Assembly: GCA_963674825.1 (NCBI GenBank)
Contig: OY771587.1
Coordinates: forward strand, 3,829,011 to 3,893,010
Length of the DNA: 64,000 nucleotides
Direction of reading: 5' to 3'
Source: Candidatus Cloacimonadales bacterium
GTDB lineage: Bacteria > Cloacimonadota > Cloacimonadia > Cloacimonadales > JAIOQZ01
The stretch's first letter is position 1. Every line of letters starts with the position of its first letter. The position numbers and the translations under genes were made by a program. Under the pieces are notes generated by a model, which saw only the letters and a list, made by a program, of their open reading frames with translations, was not told the DNA's origin and did no database searches. Shown here in pieces: positions 57,673-64,000 of this stretch.

Positions 57673-59262
57673 ATGTTTGGAGACATTCCAATAATGGAAC
57701 TCGGACTCTCGCTGTTTGGCGTGGTGCTTGTAGTTGTCGTCCTGATCAGTGCTTTCACGCGCTACAAACGCTGTCCGTCCGACCGCATCATGGTTATCTA
57801 CGGTAAGGTCAACAAAGAGACCTCCGCCAAGTGTATACACGGTGGCGCGGCGTTTGTATGGCCGTTGATCCAGGCGCACGAGTACATGGATCTCACCCCG
57901 ATGTCGATCGAGGTAAACCTGCGTAACGCGCTGAGTAAGCAGAATATCCGTGTCGATGTACCCTCTCGCTTCACGGTAGGTATCTCCACCGAGCGTGGTA
58001 TCATGGAGAAAGCGGCCGAGCGGCTTCTGGGACTGAAGCACACGGATATCATCGAGCTTTCCAAAGACATCCTCTTCGGTCAGCTCAGGCTTGTCATCGC
58101 CACCATGGACATCGAAGAGATCAACACCGACCGCGACAAGTTCCTCCTGAATGTGAGCAAAAACGTCGAGGCCGAGTTAAACAAGATCGGTCTGAAGCTA
58201 ATCAACGTGAACGTCACCGACATCCGCGACGAATCGGGATACATCGAAGCGCTGGGTAAGGAAGCCGCCGCCAAGGCGATCAACGAAGCCAAGGTTTCTG
58301 TCGCCGAGCGCGATCGCGATGGTTCTATCGGTGAAGCTTTTGCTACCAAGGAAAGAGACATCCAGGTCGCCGAAAACAGAACGCTAGCCGAGCAAGGTGT
58401 GGCCGAAGCCGAATCGCGCAAGCGTATCGCCGTTGCCGCCGCCAATGCACAGGCTGTCACAGGTGAAGCGGATGCGGAAAGCAAGCGAAGGATCGATACT
58501 GCCGACCTGAACGCGAAAGCGGTTGAAGGTGAAAACACGGCGAAGATCATGATCGCAGAATCTGCCTCGCTGAAAGATATCAAGCAGGCTCAGGCTGAAA
58601 ACCGCGCGGCCGCCGCGGAGAAGATTGCACAGTCGGAAGCTGAAAAAGCCGGTTATGACGCCCAGAAGATCGCGGAAGAAGCCAGGGCGCTGATGGTCAA
58701 GGCCCAGCAGATCGCCGACGTGATCGTGGCTGCCGAGATCGAGAAGCAGAAAGTAGAGATCGCTGCGGAGGCAGAAGCCGAGAAAACACGCCGTATCGCC
58801 CAGGGTGAAGCGGATGCGCGGCTGAAGAAGATGCAGGCCGAAGCTCAGGGTATGTACGAGATCCTGTATAAAAAAGCTGAAGGTTTCAACGAACTGGTCA
58901 AGTCTTCGGGTAAAAGCCCCGATATGGCGATCAAGCTGCTCCTTGCCGAGCAGATGTCTGATCTCATGAAGATTCAGGCAGGCGCGATTGAAGGACTGAA
59001 GATGGACAACGTAACGGTGTGGAGTAACGGCGGTTCCGACGCCAATTCTTCCGTATCCGGTTTCGTGCAGGACCTTTTCAAGACACTGCCACCCATCAAG
59101 GACGTACTCTCGATGAAGGGAGTAGGCTTGCCGGAATTCCTGCTCCAGAATATTGACAAAGAAACCATTGCCGAGGCTATCGAGAAGGTTCAACCTGCTG
59201 AAAAGCCACAGCCGGTTCCTGAACCGGATCCGGCACCCGAACCGGGAGAAACCGAAGTATAA
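57673..59262 (+). CDS. Flotillin-like SPFH/band-7 protein (FloT/YuaG family) with long EA-rich coiled coil
   Basis: AGGAG RBS. N-terminal TM. SPFH region ...RVDVPSRFTVGISTERGIMEKAAERLLG... Coiled-coil AEAE/KRRI repeats. Confidence 0.8.
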   Translation: MFGDIPIMELGLSLFGVVLVVVVLISAFTRYKRCPSDRIMVIYGKVNKETSAKCIHGGAAFVWPLIQAHEYMDLTPMSIEVNLRNALSKQNIRVDVPSRFTVGISTERGIMEKAAERLLGLKHTDIIELSKDILFGQLRLVIATMDIEEINTDRDKFLLNVSKNVEAELNKIGLKLINVNVTDIRDESGYIEALGKEAAAKAINEAKVSVAERDRDGSIGEAFATKERDIQVAENRTLAEQGVAEAESRKRIAVAAANAQAVTGEADAESKRRIDTADLNAKAVEGENTAKIMIAESASLKDIKQAQAENRAAAAEKIAQSEAEKAGYDAQKIAEEARALMVKAQQIADVIVAAEIEKQKVEIAAEAEAEKTRRIAQGEADARLKKMQAEAQGMYEILYKKAEGFNELVKSSGKSPDMAIKLLLAEQMSDLMKIQAGAIEGLKMDNVTVWSNGGSDANSSVSGFVQDLFKTLPPIKDVLSMKGVGLPEFLLQNIDKETIAEAIEKVQPAEKPQPVPEPDPAPEPGETEV

Positions 59263-59270
59263 ATTGTTGC

Positions 59271-59298
59271 AGCCCGTCGAAAGACGGGCTATTTTTTT
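59271..59298 (+). terminator. Rho-independent terminator after the flotillin gene
   Basis: AGCCCGTC-gaaa-GACGGGCT then ATTTTTTT. Confidence 0.65.
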
Positions 59299-59324
59299 GT
59301 CATGACAAGACAGGAAGGTTTATC

Positions 59325-59753
59325 ATGAGACTATGGTCGGTTCATCCGAAGTACCTTGACAGCAAAGGACTTGTAGCGCTGTGGCGTGAAGGACTTCTCG
59401 CGAAGAAGGTATTGGAGGGCAAGACGCGTGGATACAGGAAGCATCCGCAGTTGATCCGCTTCCTACGGCATGAAAAACCGGTTTGGGCGATTAACAACTA
59501 TTTGCATAACGTACTTCAGGAAGCCGAAAGTCGCGGGTATAAATTCGATGGAACAAAGCTCGAGCCTCTGGAGACATCATCACTTATCGAAGTAACGGAC
59601 GGGCAATTAACATATGAATTCGAGCATCTCATGAACAAGCTCTCAGCACGCGATCCGGCTAGATTTGATGCGCTGCAAGACATTCAACATCCTGATCCGC
59701 ACCCACTGTTCAAGGTTATTCACGGCAACGTAGAGGCTTGGGAAAAGCTCTGA
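59325..59753 (+). CDS. Pyrimidine-dimer DNA glycosylase (T4 endonuclease V/Pyr_excise family)-like protein
   Basis: N-terminal MRLWSVHPKYLDSKGLVALWREGLLAKKV resembles endoV [27 protein letters not shown], with a conserved Glu near position 22-23. AGGAAGG RBS. Confidence 0.5.
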   Translation: MRLWSVHPKYLDSKGLVALWREGLLAKKVLEGKTRGYRKHPQLIRFLRHEKPVWAINNYLHNVLQEAESRGYKFDGTKLEPLETSSLIEVTDGQLTYEFEHLMNKLSARDPARFDALQDIQHPDPHPLFKVIHGNVEAWEKL

Positions 59754-62700
59754 TCAAATCCGCCGTTGCTGCATCACCTCATTGATCTTCTCAATCAAAA
59801 TCTGCCAGGTTATCGGCTTCATGATAATCAGATCGGCCCCTGTACGATAAGCAGCGTCCAGATCGGCGAAGCTGTCGTGACCAGTGCATAGAATCACCGG
59901 TATATTGGGCCTTGTGTTCCGTACTTCCAGGAGTAAATCCAGTCCGCTGATCTTCGGCATGGAGATATCCGACACAATCATGTCGAACTGCCCCGGATCG
60001 TTCCTGAAGTAATTGAGCGCATTGACTGGATCAGTGAAGGTATGCACCTGATGACCCGTGCGGTTAAGACCGATCTTGATCATGGATGCGACATTGGGAT
60101 CGTCATCGACGAAGATGATGCGAAATACTTCGGACAGATGATATACCTGTTGCTTGGGATTCTTCATCAGGGCATTTTTCGTCAACATCGGTAGATAGAC
60201 ATCGATGATCGTACCGGCATTGGGTTTGGACTGCACATCGATCGCGCCCATATAATCCATGATAATGCCATGCACGGTTGAAAGGCCCAACCCAGTTCCA
60301 CCATCCTGACCTTTCGTCGTGTAATAGGGTTCAAAAATGCGCTTAATGACTTCCTGCGGCATACCACATCCGGTGTCGATAACGCTGAGCTTGTTATAGT
60401 GTCCCTGTTTCAGCGAATGCCTGAGCTGTGAAGGTATCTTCCTGGTTTCGGTTTCGGAAAGACGAATGGTGAGCTCTCCACCATCAGGCTTCATGGCTTG
60501 ATAGGCGTTCGTGCAGAGATTCATCAGAATCTGATGCAGGCGAGATGGATCGGCATAAACAAGTCCATCCGTTTGGATATCGATATAAACTTCAATATTG
60601 GCCGGAAGCGTTGTCTTGAGCATCGAGTATGTTTCATCGACGATCGTTTTAAGCTGGACAGGTTTCCGCTCGGAATCGGATCTGCGACTGAAAGTCAGGA
60701 TCTGCTGAATAACATCCTTCGCACGGTAGCCGGCTTTGACAATCTCCTGTATTCCGCGGTAGGATGGATTGTCCTGCGGAACGTCAAGTATTGCGAGTTC
60801 TCCATAGCCGATAACCGCAGAGAGAATGTTATTGAAATCGTGCGCGATTCCACCGGCAAGCGTACCGATCGCTTCCATCTTCTGTGTGTGGATAAGTCGC
60901 TGCTTCAGTTCATGCTCCAGGGTGACATCCTTCAAGACGCCAACAAAGCTGATGACCTGTCCATTGTCATCGCGAATCGGTGAAATGGTGCTCTCCACCT
61001 CGAACAACGTGCCGTCTTTACGTTTGTTGATAAACGTGCCGCGCCAAACCCGACCGTGTTTGAGCATCGAATCCACTTCGATATGATAATTCTCAGAGTG
61101 CTTATCACTCTTAAGGAAGCTGAGCGGCTTACCCAGAACTTCTTCCTGTGGGTAACCGGTGATCTTCTCGAAAGCAGGGTTTGCATAAGTTAGCCTGCCT
61201 GCCGGATCTGCAACAAGAATGATTTCATCGGCGTGATCGATCGCCAGAGCGAGTTGCTTCAACTCTAATTCACTACGTTTGCGTGCAGAAACATCCTGAA
61301 TGATGCCCAGGAAGCGCTGATCGCCATCCGTTTCATCCGCGATTCTTCGACCCTGAAGCGAGAACCAGTGAGCGCCATCATCGATGATAAATCGAATATC
61401 GTATTGGAATTCGTCAGCTCCATTTTTACAGGCTTCGTAATTGTTATCAAAGAGGTCCAAGTCATCCGCATAAATTATCTTCCGGATATCCGCGATGGTC
61501 CAAGTTAATTTAAAAGCGCTGAACTTGAGGAGATTGAAGGCTTCTTTTGAGAAAACGACTGTATCGCTTTTCAAGTCCCAATCCCAATTTGCAATCCCAA
61601 CCGCTTGCTGCGTCAGGTTGTATCGCTGATCGCTTCGCTGAAGCTGCTGTTGTATCTTGTATTTCTCGGTAATATCTCTCGAAACGCCGACCACCCCTTC
61701 AACATTACCTTCTGCGTCGAAGAGCGGTGTCAGAATCGTATCCAGCGCGGAGATTGACGGATGGAAATCTACATTTCGTTCCTCAAAGCGCTTAACCACA
61801 CCTTTTTCAAGCACTTCTTCCTCGAATTTATCATAATACAGGTTTCGGAAATCCGGGAAGAGTTCGTAGAAACCTTTCCCAACGACTTCATCCTGAGGAT
61901 GTCGGATGAATTCCGCAAATGCGCTGTTGCACCCCAGGAAACGGCGATCTCGATCTTTGTAGTAGAACATATCGGGGATGGCGTCCATGACTACATTCAG
62001 AAACTGCACACGCGTCTGCTTTGTTTTACGGTTAATGTACCTGAAATAAATCAACGTACCAGCGAGAATGCTAAGAATGAAAAGCGCTGCAAGTATGTAA
62101 AGCTGGATTCTCAGCCTCGAAAGATCAAGATTGACCTCCTTTATCGGAGCAGATGCGGCTACAACAAGCCGTTGATCACCGAAATTGGCTGACTGCCAGG
62201 CTATGAGCTTGCGCTTCACCGAGCCACCGCGCTCAACGGTGAAAGAATACTTGCCTGTTCCAAATGATTCGGAGATAAGGCGTTTGTCGATTGCGGAAAG
62301 TTCTTCGTATTTATCGTGCATCCCATCGAAAACATTGCGCCCGATAATCTCGGTCTCGTGATCAAATACGATATTACCCAGACCGTCCAGAATGTATCCT
62401 GCTCCATGCTGACCGGATCGCATGGGAACCACAAAGCGCTCCACCCACGGTGCAAGGTCCACGACCGTAACGATCTGGATCATGCCAAGCGTTGAGCTAT
62501 CGTTCATGATAATCCCGAAATATTGCATCTCCGGCTGGATGTAAATCGGCGGAACGAAGAAAGAAAATTCGCGCCGCATATTCCGGCCATATTGCTGACG
62601 CCATTCTTCGGAGATGCTTCTGGCAACCTGATTATCATCGAACCAGCGGATTTTTTTTAAATCGTCCCCATAATATAGAGCGATACCCATTATTTCAACA

Positions 62701-63002
62701 TGGGAATCGACCGTATTTCGGATAAAATTCGCCAGCGTTTTATCCGGGTTTGGGTAGATCTCGATGATCGATTTGATATTTTTAATCAGCGCTTGATCAA
62801 TCTCTTTGATCTGATTGAAGTTCTGCTGTATGCCATTTGCTGCGAAAAGCGTTTGTAGCTGTTGTTGCTTGTTAAAGTTTACTTCGTGTTCTTTCAGGGC
62901 AAATCGTTCTCCAAAATACGCGATCGCCATGTAGAGAAGCAGGATCAGTCCGAGAAGTAGCGGGAAAATGATGCTAAGATTCTTCTTTTTCTTCAGTGGC
63001 AT
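59754..63002 (-). CDS. Hybrid sensor histidine kinase: TM, periplasmic sensor domain, TM, three PAS domains, HisKA, HATPase_c, C-terminal receiver
   Basis: H-box GTLAGGIAHDFNNILSAVIGY. ATPase DTGCGMP...GTGLGLSTVHGII. REC IIFVDDDPNVAS...DMIVSDISMPKISGLDLL. Confidence 0.85.
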   Translation of the reverse strand: MPLKKKKNLSIIFPLLLGLILLLYMAIAYFGERFALKEHEVNFNKQQQLQTLFAANGIQQNFNQIKEIDQALIKNIKSIIEIYPNPDKTLANFIRNTVDSHVEIMGIALYYGDDLKKIRWFDDNQVARSISEEWRQQYGRNMRREFSFFVPPIYIQPEMQYFGIIMNDSSTLGMIQIVTVVDLAPWVERFVVPMRSGQHGAGYILDGLGNIVFDHETEIIGRNVFDGMHDKYEELSAIDKRLISESFGTGKYSFTVERGGSVKRKLIAWQSANFGDQRLVVAASAPIKEVNLDLSRLRIQLYILAALFILSILAGTLIYFRYINRKTKQTRVQFLNVVMDAIPDMFYYKDRDRRFLGCNSAFAEFIRHPQDEVVGKGFYELFPDFRNLYYDKFEEEVLEKGVVKRFEERNVDFHPSISALDTILTPLFDAEGNVEGVVGVSRDITEKYKIQQQLQRSDQRYNLTQQAVGIANWDWDLKSDTVVFSKEAFNLLKFSAFKLTWTIADIRKIIYADDLDLFDNNYEACKNGADEFQYDIRFIIDDGAHWFSLQGRRIADETDGDQRFLGIIQDVSARKRSELELKQLALAIDHADEIILVADPAGRLTYANPAFEKITGYPQEEVLGKPLSFLKSDKHSENYHIEVDSMLKHGRVWRGTFINKRKDGTLFEVESTISPIRDDNGQVISFVGVLKDVTLEHELKQRLIHTQKMEAIGTLAGGIAHDFNNILSAVIGYGELAILDVPQDNPSYRGIQEIVKAGYRAKDVIQQILTFSRRSDSERKPVQLKTIVDETYSMLKTTLPANIEVYIDIQTDGLVYADPSRLHQILMNLCTNAYQAMKPDGGELTIRLSETETRKIPSQLRHSLKQGHYNKLSVIDTGCGMPQEVIKRIFEPYYTTKGQDGGTGLGLSTVHGIIMDYMGAIDVQSKPNAGTIIDVYLPMLTKNALMKNPKQQVYHLSEVFRIIFVDDDPNVASMIKIGLNRTGHQVHTFTDPVNALNYFRNDPGQFDMIVSDISMPKISGLDLLLEVRNTRPNIPVILCTGHDSFADLDAAYRTGADLIIMKPITWQILIEKINEVMQQRRI

Positions 63003-63016
63003 AAACCGATACGCTC

Positions 63017-64000
63017 CTACACTTCACTCAGCAGATTATCGGTATCATTGAGCTCGATCATTGCGCCTTCGGCGATGATCTCGCAAACAGCATTGGCATT
63101 TACCGCCACAGGTATGTTGTAGGCCATGCCCAGAAGCTGGAGCTGACGCTTGTGGTCATCCTTCTCACAGATAATTGCAGCCGCATAGCGGAGATAAGAT
63201 GTCCATTCATCCTGAAATTCCTTTAGAATCACTGCTTTGCCGATGTAGTCCCTGGTCTCGAGGTCTTCGCTGCAACACAGATGCGCGGCCTGCGCCGTGA
63301 TCGATCCGGGATGCAGAAATTCTACCTGTACCCGTGATTTTCCTGCGGTCTCGACCCTGATCATATTGGTCCGTCCACGAACGCCCAATGGCAATCCTGC
63401 GACAAACACCGCAAGCTCGTTACGCTTGAGTAGCCCGTCATCGACGCATTGCTTGAGCGCGTTTTTAATCATCAGCTCGAAATCGTCCACTTCCTTAATG
63501 TTGTAGGGGTAAACACCCCAGCTCAGCGCAAGTTGGTGAAATACCTTTCTGTCTGGCGTAAACGCGTAGATGGGGAGCCCGGGCCTGAGTCGCGATATTT
63601 GTCGTGCTGAATAGCCGGATTTTGTGAAACAAATTATAGCACTTGCCTTGCACTGGTATGCTGTCGTAACAGCGTTGAAGCATATGATCTTGGTAAGGTC
63701 GCTCCCGGTTTTCTCGTCTCTGCGAAGGTAGAAATTATTGAAATAATCGTAGCTGGATTCCACCTTGGAGATAATGCGTTCCATTGTAGAGACAACCAGA
63801 TCGGGATAGTCGCCAATAGCCGTTTCTCCGGAAAGCATAACCGCGGATGTCATGTCGTAACAGGCATTTGCCACATCCGATGCTTCTGCGCGGGTAGGTA
63901 CGCGATTATGGATCATCGATTCCAGCATTTGCGTTGCTGTGATAACCGGTTTTCCGCCCTCGTAGCACTTACGGATTATCTCCTTCTGGATTACTGGCAC
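63017..64000 (-). CDS. pyk: Pyruvate kinase, C-terminal part (gene continues beyond window end), with a C-terminal PEP-utilising-enzyme mobile-domain-like extension
   Basis: GKPVITATQMLESMIHNRVPTRAEASDVANA...MLSGETAIGDYP. C-terminal alpha/beta domain. Extra ~90-aa tail ...AVILKEFQDEW...AAAIICEKDD... Confidence 0.8.
   Translation of the reverse strand: MPVIQKEIIRKCYEGGKPVITATQMLESMIHNRVPTRAEASDVANACYDMTSAVMLSGETAIGDYPDLVVSTMERIISKVESSYDYFNNFYLRRDEKTGSDLTKIICFNAVTTAYQCKASAIICFTKSGYSARQISRLRPGLPIYAFTPDRKVFHQLALSWGVYPYNIKEVDDFELMIKNALKQCVDDGLLKRNELAVFVAGLPLGVRGRTNMIRVETAGKSRVQVEFLHPGSITAQAAHLCCSEDLETRDYIGKAVILKEFQDEWTSYLRYAAAIICEKDDHKRQLQLLGMAYNIPVAVNANAVCEIIAEGAMIELNDTDNLLSEV

Overview
This 64-kb window looks like a chromosomal segment from an FCB-superphylum bacterium. 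Six genes carry a Type IX secretion (T9SS) C-terminal sorting domain, and promoters are sigma70-like (TTGACA). Strand order: secA (partial, -); a T9SS cargo protein with CBM20-like modules (+); an aminotransferase; a PAS hybrid sensor kinase; a small membrane-protein gene whose 3' end is duplicated (~55 bp direct repeats) on either side of an AT-rich type II restriction-modification unit (N4C/N6A beta-class methyltransferase plus a putative endonuclease); a TonB-C fragment; a lytic transglycosylase; pgk; an OMP; TetR; HD-GYP. Next comes a chemosensory-like module (Cys4-CheW, CheA-REC with two HPt domains, REC-PP2C phosphatase) followed by four tandem paralogous lipoprotein genes; the first and fourth share a ~215-bp near-identical 3' tract. 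The middle of the window holds tRNA-Leu (apparent AAG anticodon), secG, PadR, an NMO/FabK-like enzyme, dapC-like and dapD, cheB-like, an MCP, a PPAD/agmatine-deiminase-family T9SS protein, three tandem small OMP paralogs, an EEP nuclease with T9SS domain, a TPR/beta-barrel protein, a sigma54 activator, a SAM methyltransferase and a GLUG-repeat protein. A ~10-kb block (two T9SS cargo genes, ptb, a MORN protein, a lipoprotein, a C10 cysteine peptidase with T9SS domain) is bracketed by ~200-280 bp inverted copies of a hairpin-rich repeat that starts immediately after the stop codons of the flanking '...MLLK' cargo genes. The 3' end holds a Udk-like kinase, a structured non-coding region, a nfeD-flotillin operon, a T4-endoV-like pyrimidine-dimer glycosylase, a second hybrid sensor kinase and a partial pyruvate kinase. 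Caveats: coordinates I derived myself (starts, repeats, terminators) may be off by a few bases, and all similarity calls are from reading motifs by eye, not from searches.
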